In this document: positions 28,725 to 38,256 of the stretch, in pieces
Numbering within the stretch: position 1 is the stretch's first letter
Layout: each line of letters opens with the position of its first letter
Source of the DNA: a bacterium
GTDB lineage: Bacteria > Zhuqueibacterota > Zhuqueibacteria > Residuimicrobiales > Krinioviventaceae
NCBI GenBank assembly: GCA_963693055.1
Contig: OY843751.1
Span: 4,480,001-4,544,000 of the forward strand
Length of the DNA stretch: 64,000 bases
Direction: 5' to 3'
The notes under the pieces: model-generated
The model's input: only the letters and a program-made list of their open reading frames with translations
Databases searched by the model: none
What the model was told of the DNA's origin: nothing
Program-made: the position numbers and the translations under genes

Positions 28725-30986
28725 TTATTTTTTATTATTGATATATTCTGTTAAATTATTTGCTTCAGTCTGAAATGACTGAAAATAATCTTGCATATTC
28801 ATTGTGTTATTGACCAGCGCACTCTCTTCAATTTTTTCCGCCCAACTTGCAAGTGGCATTGCCGTAAGATTGGCTGCACCGCCTCTTATTTTATGAGCTT
28901 CTGCAGCGAGTTTTTTCAAATCATTCTCTGCCAACGCCTGCTCAAACCGGGCTAACTGGTTTTTCACATCAACTAAAAAATGTTCCAATACATTATCAAG
29001 GACCTTTTGGTTTCCACCAAATTCTACAATAGCTCGCTCATAATCAATAGGTTTATGATTATTTTCTACTGGTTGTTCTTGATCTATTGGAACACTATTG
29101 TTTTCTACAATTATTTCATCATTTCCGGGCATCCATTTTTTTACCTGACGAACAAATGTTTTTCTTCGCAAAGGCTTTACCAGTACATCACTCATACCCA
29201 ATTCTTTACACTTTTGCCGGGTTGCAGAATCTGCATGAGCAGTAATAGCAAGAATAGGTACATTTTTATAATAGCTGACAAGAGATCTTATCTTTTGCGC
29301 AGCTTCATATCCACTCATTTCCGGCATCTGTAAATCCATCAATACCAGATCATAATGGTTTTTCTTGCATAATTCTATAGCATCTCTTCCATTATCAGCA
29401 GTATCAATCTTGTAATCTGTTTCATTCAAATGCTGTAATGCAACCTGCATATTGGGATAATAATCATCAACAATTATAATCTTTCCCTGCCCAGAACCTG
29501 CAGCCAGCGGCAGAATCACTTTTTCTTCAATTCCATCAACTGCATCTGCATGTACTTCCATTGGCAGTACAAACCAGAAATGGCTCCCTTCTCCTGGTTC
29601 ACTTTCCAGAAAAATTTGCCCGTTCATCAACTCTACTAGTTGATAAGCAATAGTAGTACCCAGGCCGGTTCCGCCATATTTGCGGGTAATGCTTCCATCT
29701 GCCTGTGTAAAACTTTTAAAAATATCTTTTTGTTTATTTTTAGGAATACCGATACCAGTATCATATACATGAAATTCAATATTATGGAATGGGTCAGTTT
29801 TATTTTCAACAGTTACAGCAACCTTCACATGACCTGATTCAGTAAATTTTACTGCATTACTGCATAAATTCATTAAAACCTGAAGCAGACGAAGTTCATC
29901 GCCCAGATATGTCAATTGTTTTTCATTATCAATTTCAATTTCAAAATTTAGATTTTTTGTATCTGCAAGTATTTTAACACTTTTGCTCAATTTCTCCATT
30001 ACATGTCTCAAGCTGAACGGCCTTTGTTCAATCAGCATCTTTCCGGCTTCAATTTTTGCCAGATCTAAAAGATCACTGATCAACAAAAGCAGCATTTCAG
30101 ATTGTTCCAATACTGTTCCAGCATGATCATAAATATTATCAAGTGTGTTTGAATTCAATATTGATTCTGAAAATCCAATTATCGAGTTCAATGGAGTTCG
30201 CATTTCATGAGACATGTTGAAAACAAACTGGGACTTTAATCGGTTTGCATCTTCTGCTACCTTTTTTGCATGTCTTAAATTCTCTTCCGCTCTTTTTCGT
30301 TCAATATAAGCACCCAGCATTTCACTGGCTGTTTGTAAAACTCTTAAATCTACAGAACGCCATTTTTTCTCACGGCTATTATCAACAAAACAAATCATAC
30401 CGTACCATTCTTTGTTGACAAAAATGGGAATAACCAGTAAAGATTCAATAGACAGCTCTACTAAAAATTGCCTCTCTTCTTCTTTAAACTCGCCTGTTAC
30501 ACCAAAAATAGGGTTCCGGGAATTCAATTCAGCTGCCCATCGCTGCAATCCTTTTGAATAGTGCAAGGGAGACAATAATTTATTTTTCATTTGACGATGA
30601 AAGCCTTTGGAGCAACGTTCATTTGTTACTCTTGCTCCCAAACCCCATTTGTAATTGTGGTTCTTTAACACCCATACACGACTAACACCTACTGACTTTT
30701 GTAAAAATCCAAGCCCTGTATCAACAGAATCTTTTTGAGTTACCAGCAAAGCTTTAGAAAAATTTGCAAGCCCCTCTTCATAACGAAGACGAATTGCAAG
30801 GGCATTCTGAGCGTTTTGCTTTTCTTCAATTTCCTGGTTCAGCTGCTCGTTTATATTTGCAAGCTTTGTATATATCTCGTAATAATTTTTCCGTGAAGTT
30901 TCATACTCTTCCTGGGTCAACTGGAGATCATTATTCAGATGCTTAATTTCTGTCTCCAGTAAATGTATCTTTTGTTTGTGATCCAT
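28725..30986 (-). CDS. Cytoplasmic hybrid histidine kinase (coiled coil-GAF-HisKA-HATPase-REC-Hpt)
   Basis: MSHEMRTPLN, NLCSNAVKFT, DTGIGI, GGTGLG, LMDLQMP, AHKIRGGAANL; no transmembrane segment evident. Confidence 0.92.
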   Translation of the reverse strand: MDHKQKIHLLETEIKHLNNDLQLTQEEYETSRKNYYEIYTKLANINEQLNQEIEEKQNAQNALAIRLRYEEGLANFSKALLVTQKDSVDTGLGFLQKSVGVSRVWVLKNHNYKWGLGARVTNERCSKGFHRQMKNKLLSPLHYSKGLQRWAAELNSRNPIFGVTGEFKEEERQFLVELSIESLLVIPIFVNKEWYGMICFVDNSREKKWRSVDLRVLQTASEMLGAYIERKRAEENLRHAKKVAEDANRLKSQFVFNMSHEMRTPLNSIIGFSESILNSNTLDNIYDHAGTVLEQSEMLLLLISDLLDLAKIEAGKMLIEQRPFSLRHVMEKLSKSVKILADTKNLNFEIEIDNEKQLTYLGDELRLLQVLMNLCSNAVKFTESGHVKVAVTVENKTDPFHNIEFHVYDTGIGIPKNKQKDIFKSFTQADGSITRKYGGTGLGTTIAYQLVELMNGQIFLESEPGEGSHFWFVLPMEVHADAVDGIEEKVILPLAAGSGQGKIIIVDDYYPNMQVALQHLNETDYKIDTADNGRDAIELCKKNHYDLVLMDLQMPEMSGYEAAQKIRSLVSYYKNVPILAITAHADSATRQKCKELGMSDVLVKPLRRKTFVRQVKKWMPGNDEIIVENNSVPIDQEQPVENNHKPIDYERAIVEFGGNQKVLDNVLEHFLVDVKNQLARFEQALAENDLKKLAAEAHKIRGGAANLTAMPLASWAEKIEESALVNNTMNMQDYFQSFQTEANNLTEYINNKK

Positions 30987-30987
30987 A

Positions 30988-31869
30988 TTAAAAGATGCCC
31001 ATCTCTTCCATTTTTTTCAATTCAGCTTGCATATTCTTGGCTATAAGATCAAGCGCTTGCTCAGACAGGCTCAAACGCTCCAAGGCAATTTTAAACTCTA
31101 CATGATCTACATACGGAGCATCTCCAAAGCCTACTTGATTTACCTGGCAGTAATAATCTGCAATATATATTGTATTACATAAACGTATATGGTCTTGATC
31201 GTTCCGGGCAGGATTATGATGGTTTCCCACAGCGCGTGCATATTCATTTGGCAAGTTCCAACTTTCAATAAGAGCCTGCCCAATACCTGAATGATTAAAG
31301 CCCAAGATTTCAAATTCAACAGCGTCCAGATTTCTTTGCTGCTGTTCAGTTATTGTAAGTGCTTGTTTAAATTCTTCCTGCATAAACTGGTCCATTGCTA
31401 TTATACCAATATCATGCAGCATGCCTGCCACATAGGCATTCTCACCCCGTTCACCAAATTCACGTCTGTAAATCATTTTAGCAAGTAAAGCCACTGCAAA
31501 GCTATGTCGCCACAGAGCAGGTCTGGAATAAGCCCCAATACAAACCTCTTTTTCAAAAATCTCACATACCTTTTGACTAAGAACAATTTCTTTTACGGTA
31601 TTGAATCCCAGCCATATAACAGCTTGATCAATTTCTTTGATTTTATTCTGAGGAGAATAGTACGCCGAGTTTGCTACCTTTAACACCCTTGCAGTTAATG
31701 GAGGATCAACCTCAATGATCTCCTCGAGGTCTTTTGCAGTAGAATCTGGATCGTTTATGATCTGTATGATCCGGGTAACCACACTTTTAATTGTAGAAAT
31801 GTTGGATTGGTTAATATTTTCAATTAACTCAAGTAAACGTGTATTTTTCACTTCTGTATTTTCAGTCAT
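30988..31869 (-). CDS. HDOD domain-containing protein
   Basis: DPPLTARVLKVANSAYY, LWRHS, AGMLHDIG, WNLP; start placed at ATG 31869 after AGGAAAAAGG. Confidence 0.9.
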   Translation of the reverse strand: MTENTEVKNTRLLELIENINQSNISTIKSVVTRIIQIINDPDSTAKDLEEIIEVDPPLTARVLKVANSAYYSPQNKIKEIDQAVIWLGFNTVKEIVLSQKVCEIFEKEVCIGAYSRPALWRHSFAVALLAKMIYRREFGERGENAYVAGMLHDIGIIAMDQFMQEEFKQALTITEQQQRNLDAVEFEILGFNHSGIGQALIESWNLPNEYARAVGNHHNPARNDQDHIRLCNTIYIADYYCQVNQVGFGDAPYVDHVEFKIALERLSLSEQALDLIAKNMQAELKKMEEMGIF

Positions 31870-32504
31870 CCTTTTTCCTGCTTTTTTAAAATTACTGTTT
31901 ACTATCCTGCTAACATTCAAATCATTCAGAGAATGCCATTCATATATGTCTTGTTCAATATATTTATATTCTTAAAACCAATTTAGCAATATCAACTCAC
32001 TTGATTCGACATCGCTAAACAATGCTCTATTATATAAAATCTACAAACATAAAACTCAAATTTGCTATATTTACCTCCCTTGTACGATCTCTAGTTTTGG
32101 TTTTGCTGACACCATAGCATTCCTTAAAATCAGAAAAAGTTTAATACAACACGTCAAGAAAACTGCACAACATTACCAATAACTATTTAACACATAAAAA
32201 AGACTTAACATTCAATGTTATATAAAACAAAAATTCAAACAGTCTGCTTCGTTATTATAATAATCGGTAAAATTACATTTTATTATTTAAATTCTTGAGC
32301 AAAATAATTTCTTTTTTCTAGAATATCCAGTAATTATTTCTAAAATATGCACCTTTATTCAACATATTCATAAAATTTTAATTTAATAGTGTAAACCTTA
32401 AAGGTATTGCAAAAAAAATGCCCAAGATTAATTATTTGGAAAAAATAACACTTTTTCTATGTTATATGTAATTCAAAACATATCAAGCCAATTTTATGAA
32501 CAAA

Positions 32505-32520
32505 TGGCATGTAATTTGAA
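32505..32520 (+). promoter_or_regulatory. sigma54-like -24/-12 promoter (TTGA variant)
   Basis: TGGCAT-GTAAT-TTGAA upstream of the 1285-aa gene. Confidence 0.55.
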
Positions 32521-32725
32521 TAAATAGAAGTGAAATAGATAAAAAAACAAGTGACACAAGCAGTTAAAACCAATAAAATAAACGACTTGATCAATATGAC
32601 AAGTAAAAAAACAGGAAAAACGAATTACAAAATGAGACATAAAAGCAACAATTTTTGTAATTTAACTCAAGAAATGTCACAGTTTGTTGTATACTTATAT
32701 TTAAGAACCACCACGGAGTAATATT

Positions 32726-35700
32726 ATGGAAAAGAGACACACAATCTTTTTGTTTGCTGTAGCAATATTGATTGCTTTTGGAGGAAATGCATTTTCCGCC
32801 AAGACAGCACCTGTGTGGGTACCCTCTTCGATCGATACACAGTCCCTGCTCTCACAGGTTAGCCCATATAACAGTATGACAGATACACAATTACGCAGCT
32901 TGTTAACTACTGATGGAAAAACAAATTCAAAAAACATTGATATGGTTGACATTGTTTATGCGTACGCATTACTGTATCAGGCAACCGATAATATTGAATA
33001 TGCAAGAAAAGCAACTGTACTTTTAGACAGATATGCTGAAGTTTTTCCCAGTTGGCCCACAAATTACGGCAGCAGTCGTGGATATTGGATGTGGTGGGAT
33101 AACTGGTTCCACAGAGATCTCGGTTGGGTAGCAAAGCATTTAGCACAAGCTTTTGATATGACTCGTTACAGTTCTGTCTATAGTTCTTTTGCTTCTGGCA
33201 CTGAGACAGATATTTACAACCTTTTAAAAGAAATTGTCAAAGTTGACATGGGTTACACATTGTACATGTTTAACTCTTCAGGTTCAAGACCCATGGGATA
33301 TATCATTTTCGGTCGTGTTCTTGAAGACCCGGAATTGGTACACCTCGGTTATTGGTATTACAATAAAATGCTGCATCAGAGCTTTGGTCCTGATGGATAC
33401 TGGTATGAGGGTTGTTATGGATATGGCAATATTGCATATTGGGAACTGTCTAACGATGAATATAAATATTATCTTGATGGCTATTCTGATCCCGATGGCT
33501 ATACCCATGTTCCCTTTGAAGAAGGTTTAGACCCGGTTCGTCTCGATAATGTAGATTACGATGCTGAATTTGGCACTTTATTTTCAAGAATAGATGATAT
33601 TCTCTGGTCTACCGCGCTTCCTGATGGCAACTGGCCTATTATGAACGAAACTGAAGCCTTTCCGGATGGTTATAACGGAACCAACCCCAGAGATATTAAA
33701 GTAATTTTACCTGAATCCAGATTGTTTCATGGAGTAGGGCATGCAGCTATGGCCTATGGCAGTGGAAGCACCCAAACCCAGGCGCGCCTCGATTTTAGTC
33801 ACGCCGCAGCACACGTGCATGATGACGCACTACATCTTATCTATTACGCAAAAGGTGAAGAAGTTTTGGGTGGTACCGGATATGTTTATCAGGACCGCAC
33901 CTGGAACGCGAATGTTCGCAATCAGAACCTGGTAATTGTAAATAATTCTGATCAAAAAACAGGCTATTGGACAGATTATACAAATTCACCCTATATACCC
34001 GATGAAGGCAGACAGTCTGGTTTACCAACCACCAGACCGTTCCCCACATCAACCAATATGCATAATAATATCGTATTGTTTGAACCCGGTTACAAGGGTA
34101 ATAAAGCCATACAGATCACCGAAGTAGACGCTCTAGATGCCTATGACCACATTGGTGTAGACAGATACCAGCGCATGCTTGCCATGGTTAACATTAGTGG
34201 AAACGATACTTACCTGGTTGACTTTTTCCGCCTCAAAGGTGGTACACAGTATGACTGGGCATTGCATGGCGGTCATGTATCCACAATTGCTCCAGTTCAT
34301 CCGGGATACTCTGCCTCTACAAATCTCAGCATGAGCAGTACTTCCGGCTCATTTGGCAGCATCAGTTTCCAATCCAGTGCTACAACTGACAAAAACTGGT
34401 ACGGGGAATTCAATTACAATGGTGTAATCAATCGTTTTTCAATGATTGGTAATTCCAGTACAACCGTATACAAAGGCAGAGCGCCACAATCCGGAAAAAC
34501 CTCATCAGGCGATCAGGATTATATAGTAGCAAGAAGATCCGCCAGCTCTTCTGCCGATGAAAACTTTATGGTATTACACGAAACCTACACCGGCTCTCCA
34601 CGCGTTCAATCCATTGAGGAACTTACATTTGATGGCGATCCTGGTACTGCTATAGGAATGAAAATTACTCTCGACAATAAAACAATAGATTATATAATCC
34701 ATACGCTTGATGATGGCCCCAGTTATCCTGAACATATAGTTTCTCAGGAAAACAATCTTTCCATGACCGGTAAATTTGCCCATATTAGAGTTACCTCAGG
34801 TCAGGTTACCTGGATCCAACTGGTACAGGGTGGTTCAGCATCTTTTGGTTCTCAATCTATTGCTTCGGAAGATGGCGACTATTCCTGGCGCGGTACAGTC
34901 AACTCTGTAACCCGTATTGAAAATGGAAACAGTGAAAACGGTTTTGTTGTAAACAAATCTTTACCCTCTAATGGCGAATTAAACGGGAAAACCGTTATTG
35001 TCACCTGGGGTAATGGATGGAAATGGGGTTACAAGATCAAATCTGTAAATGGAAATAAAATTGTTACAGATGACGAACCAGGCTTTGATTATAGTGGTGG
35101 TTCAGTTAATATGAAATTTTTCCCGGCAGGCACTTATTCCGGGCCGGTAACATTTATCATTCCCGGAACTGCAATTCTTGATGAAAATGGAACGGTTACC
35201 ACAACAGAAGGTAATACTCAATTGTCAGATACTTCACCACCTTCAATTGCAAGTACAACGCCTGCAAAGGGTGCGGAAAATGTTCCAATGAACAGCCAGA
35301 TCACCATATCTTTTAACGAGCCGATGAACACTTCCAGTGTGGAATCTGCTGTTTCTATCTCTCCTTCAGTAGACCTGAACAAAAGCTGGAGCGGTAATGA
35401 CCTGATATTAACACCAGCCGCAGATCTGAACGAAACTACAGGCTATACTGTAACCATTGGTAGCAGTGCACAGGATGTTTCCGGTAATCCTTTGGATGGA
35501 AATGGAGATGGCACAGGTGGAGATGCTTTCCAGCTCAGTTTTACAACCAGTACACCACCTGAACCTGTCTATCTTTATATTGAAGCAGAAACAGCAACTG
35601 TTGTTGCACCTATGCAGGTACTTGCCGATGTAAACGCATCCGGAGGACAATACGTAGGTGTGCCTGAAGGTGGAGGCAATAACACTGGTACAGCCAGTAT

Positions 35701-36583
35701 CACATTCCAGATACCCTTTTCAGACACCTATTATTTATGGGGTTTGGTAAACGCTCCAACAAGTAGTGAAGATTCATATATTATCAGCATTGATGGTGAC
35801 AGAGACAGAATTTGGGACGTATTATACGAATCTCATCCTGCAGAATGGACATGGGACCAATTCTCAGAAAGAGGAACCGGTGCGTTCGATGCTCCACAAT
35901 ATGATCCTGCAACATTTCCTCTCTCGGCTGGCAGTTATACTTTGCAGATAACCAACCGTGAAGATGGTACATTGATCGATCAAATATTGATAACAAACGA
36001 TCCTGATTTTGATCCGTCAAACACCAATCAATCTGTGAGCTATGCCGTACCGGCAGGTTATAGCACTATTGCAGTTCCGCTCAAAAATGCAGATATTGTT
36101 TATGCAAGTGATCTTGCTTCTGCAATAGAAAATCAATTGGGTGAAAATACGGTAAACGGTTTATCGTATTGGAATTCTGATACACAGCGTTATGTCAGCT
36201 TTGCTCCACACCTCCCATCATTTTTACAGGGAACCAACTTTGAGATTCCATGTGGCATGCCAGTTCTGGCAAATACAACCATAAGCGGGATCTGGAACCT
36301 TGAAGGTGCAATGGAAGATATCAACTATTCTCTTACCGAAGGTTATAATTTGATTGCATTAGAGCTAGATAAAGCCGACATTACAAATGCCAGTGAACTT
36401 GCAGCTGCAATAGAAAGTCAGCTGGGTGAAAATACAGTTAATGGTTTATCATATTGGAACGCGGATACACAAAGATGGGTAAGCTTTGCCCCACATTTAC
36501 CATCGTTCCTGCAAGGCACAAATTTTTCAACAACTCCCGGCCAATCATTCTTGGTGAATGTTTTGGTTAGTGGACAATTCTAA
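32726..36583 (+). CDS. Secreted multidomain heparinase II/III-like (putative polysaccharide lyase) + Big_5 Ig + CBM-like domain + duplicated C-terminal domain
   Basis: Signal peptide; DGYWYEG, AHVHDDAL, YQRML, LVDFFR..GG..YDWALHG; DTSPPSI..TP..GA.NVP..SQITISFNEPM (Big_5); YIEAE CBM-like start; two ~95-aa C-terminal repeats. Confidence 0.75.
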   Translation: MEKRHTIFLFAVAILIAFGGNAFSAKTAPVWVPSSIDTQSLLSQVSPYNSMTDTQLRSLLTTDGKTNSKNIDMVDIVYAYALLYQATDNIEYARKATVLLDRYAEVFPSWPTNYGSSRGYWMWWDNWFHRDLGWVAKHLAQAFDMTRYSSVYSSFASGTETDIYNLLKEIVKVDMGYTLYMFNSSGSRPMGYIIFGRVLEDPELVHLGYWYYNKMLHQSFGPDGYWYEGCYGYGNIAYWELSNDEYKYYLDGYSDPDGYTHVPFEEGLDPVRLDNVDYDAEFGTLFSRIDDILWSTALPDGNWPIMNETEAFPDGYNGTNPRDIKVILPESRLFHGVGHAAMAYGSGSTQTQARLDFSHAAAHVHDDALHLIYYAKGEEVLGGTGYVYQDRTWNANVRNQNLVIVNNSDQKTGYWTDYTNSPYIPDEGRQSGLPTTRPFPTSTNMHNNIVLFEPGYKGNKAIQITEVDALDAYDHIGVDRYQRMLAMVNISGNDTYLVDFFRLKGGTQYDWALHGGHVSTIAPVHPGYSASTNLSMSSTSGSFGSISFQSSATTDKNWYGEFNYNGVINRFSMIGNSSTTVYKGRAPQSGKTSSGDQDYIVARRSASSSADENFMVLHETYTGSPRVQSIEELTFDGDPGTAIGMKITLDNKTIDYIIHTLDDGPSYPEHIVSQENNLSMTGKFAHIRVTSGQVTWIQLVQGGSASFGSQSIASEDGDYSWRGTVNSVTRIENGNSENGFVVNKSLPSNGELNGKTVIVTWGNGWKWGYKIKSVNGNKIVTDDEPGFDYSGGSVNMKFFPAGTYSGPVTFIIPGTAILDENGTVTTTEGNTQLSDTSPPSIASTTPAKGAENVPMNSQITISFNEPMNTSSVESAVSISPSVDLNKSWSGNDLILTPAADLNETTGYTVTIGSSAQDVSGNPLDGNGDGTGGDAFQLSFTTSTPPEPVYLYIEAETATVVAPMQVLADVNASGGQYVGVPEGGGNNTGTASITFQIPFSDTYYLWGLVNAPTSSEDSYIISIDGDRDRIWDVLYESHPAEWTWDQFSERGTGAFDAPQYDPATFPLSAGSYTLQITNREDGTLIDQILITNDPDFDPSNTNQSVSYAVPAGYSTIAVPLKNADIVYASDLASAIENQLGENTVNGLSYWNSDTQRYVSFAPHLPSFLQGTNFEIPCGMPVLANTTISGIWNLEGAMEDINYSLTEGYNLIALELDKADITNASELAAAIESQLGENTVNGLSYWNADTQRWVSFAPHLPSFLQGTNFSTTPGQSFLVNVLVSGQF
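36041..36580 (+). repeat. Intragenic tandem duplication, 285-nt period
   Basis: ASDLASAIENQLGENTVNGLSYWNSDTQRYVSFAPHLPSFLQGTNF versus ASELAAAIESQLGENTVNGLSYWNADTQRWVSFAPHLPSFLQGTNF (41/46 aa identical). Confidence 0.92.
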
Positions 36584-36600
36584 GTATCACCTCCCCGGTA

Positions 36601-36650
36601 GGGCCAGTCGCAAAGTCGTTTTTTTTCGATAGCGTGACTGGCCTTTTTTT
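36601..36650 (+). terminator. Intrinsic terminator
   Basis: GGCCAGTCGC...GTGACTGGCC stem followed by T7. Confidence 0.8.
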
Positions 36651-36778
36651 AAATCAAATTACAACTTTGTAATAACAAAACTGAAAACCTGGTATAATGT
36701 CCATTAAAATCGCTTGCAAACTGCAAATTAGCTTAAAAAACAACCCTAAAGTCAATAATTAGATACATTTACACCCAA

Positions 36779-36891
36779 TGTCCATAAAAATGGACAAATA
36801 ATTATATAAATTAAATAATATACCCCAAATTTCTAACAAATTGACCACAAAAATGGACTTTGCGTTTCAAATTTGTCCCTCACAATGGACA
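36779..36891. promoter_or_regulatory. Three 18-bp palindromic operators (candidate enhancer sites for a sigma54 activator)
   Basis: TGTCCATAAAAATGGACA (36779), TGACCACAAAAATGGACT (36842), TGTCCCTCACAATGGACA (36874). Confidence 0.65.
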
Positions 36892-37023
36892 AAAAATACA
36901 TCAAAATAGCCGCAAGCCCATTAAAAACAATATCTTAAGCCATATCAAGGCGCACACCCACACCCCCCCCATACAAACCCTTAAAAAACAACGTATTAAG
37001 ATATGCAATTTTTCTCATTTTTT

Positions 37024-37039
37024 TGGCACACAAGTTGAA
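37024..37039 (+). promoter_or_regulatory. sigma54-like -24/-12 promoter (TTGA variant)
   Basis: TGGCAC-ACAAG-TTGAA, 49 bp before the start and ~130-250 bp downstream of the palindromes. Confidence 0.65.
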
Positions 37040-37088
37040 TATAGAGATAGTGAAAGCAACAAGAACCATCAATTAAGAGGAAAATGAA

Positions 37089-38105
37089 ATGTTTGCATAC
37101 AATATGAAATCGACTAAAACCGGGCTCTTAATCAGCCTGATACTGCTTATCGTTATGAGTGGTTTTGCAAATGCACAAGTTACAAAAAATGTTTGGATGT
37201 ATATTTATAATTCAGATGGATCAGCTCCTTCTACTGGCGACATAAAAATCACTGCTTACCTGCAAAAAAATCCATCAGATAAACTGATCTCATCCAATAG
37301 CGAAAATGGTTGGATTTATGATATAAACACCAAATGGGGTTTCTACCCGAATCCTGACGATGCCGGCGCAACCAATGCAACCGTTGGTGACATTATGGTT
37401 ATAGAGTGTCTCAATATTAGCGGAAATCAGTTCGATGGCGAATTTAAGGCAATCTCTCAGGCTTTGAACGAAAACATGACTCAGCAATTTGGCTCAAATA
37501 ATTTTTCTCTTCCTGTTGAATTATCAAATTTTAAAGCAAATGTTGAACAGGGCAATGTGAACCTGGAATGGAGCACAGAATCTGAAACAATCAACCTTGG
37601 CTTTAACATTTATCGTAGTGAAGCTGGAAAAAACAATTATAAAAAAATCAATACCACACTGGTTCCAGGATCAGGCACAACTACAGAAAAACATTCTTAC
37701 ACTTATACTGACGAAACTGCTGAATATGGAAAAACTTATAGTTACAAAATCCAGAATGTAGACTCTGACGGCAGCCAAAAATTCTACTCTTCACTTTCAG
37801 TAGAAATTGATTCAGAGCAAGTACCAGCTAAATTTGATTTGTCACAAAATTACCCAAACCCTTTTAATCCGGTTACCACTATTAATTACAGTATCGCTGA
37901 AAACAGCGATGTCACCCTTACCATTTTCAACACTCTGGGTGAAGTTGTTAACGTACTTGTAAACGAAGCTCAAACAGCAGGTAACTATAACGTAACCTGG
38001 AACGGCCTTTCAAGTGCCGGTACCAAAGTAGCTTCAGGAATGTACTTTTACCAAATTCAGGCTGGTAACTTTAATCAAGTTAAAAAGATGATGTTATCCA
38101 AATAA
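37089..38105 (+). CDS. Secreted protein: uncharacterised ~110-aa N-domain + LPVEL Ig-like domain + FlgD-Ig/T9SS-type CTD
   Basis: Signal peptide ending ANA-Q; SLPVELSNF; FDLSQNYPNPFNPVTTI...VASGMYFY...KKMMLSK. Confidence 0.85.
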   Translation: MFAYNMKSTKTGLLISLILLIVMSGFANAQVTKNVWMYIYNSDGSAPSTGDIKITAYLQKNPSDKLISSNSENGWIYDINTKWGFYPNPDDAGATNATVGDIMVIECLNISGNQFDGEFKAISQALNENMTQQFGSNNFSLPVELSNFKANVEQGNVNLEWSTESETINLGFNIYRSEAGKNNYKKINTTLVPGSGTTTEKHSYTYTDETAEYGKTYSYKIQNVDSDGSQKFYSSLSVEIDSEQVPAKFDLSQNYPNPFNPVTTINYSIAENSDVTLTIFNTLGEVVNVLVNEAQTAGNYNVTWNGLSSAGTKVASGMYFYQIQAGNFNQVKKMMLSK

Positions 38106-38138
38106 TTTTGTATAAAAATATCTAATTTCATTCCTCTA

Positions 38139-38171
38139 CCTCTCACAATTGCAATTGTGAGGGGTTTTTTT
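38139..38171 (+). terminator. Intrinsic terminator
   Basis: CCTCTCACAAT-TGCA-ATTGTGAGGGG followed by T7. Confidence 0.8.
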
Positions 38172-38256
38172 ATTTATATCAAAAACTGCTTTTCTCTTTA
38201 TATTAATTATTATACATTTAGTTATATAGCTTTATTTACCAAATTTCAGGTTTGTT

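Noticed and set aside
36860-37087. 75-aa + strand ORF upstream of 37089
   Set aside because: TTG start, no RBS, and it overlaps the operator and promoter elements.
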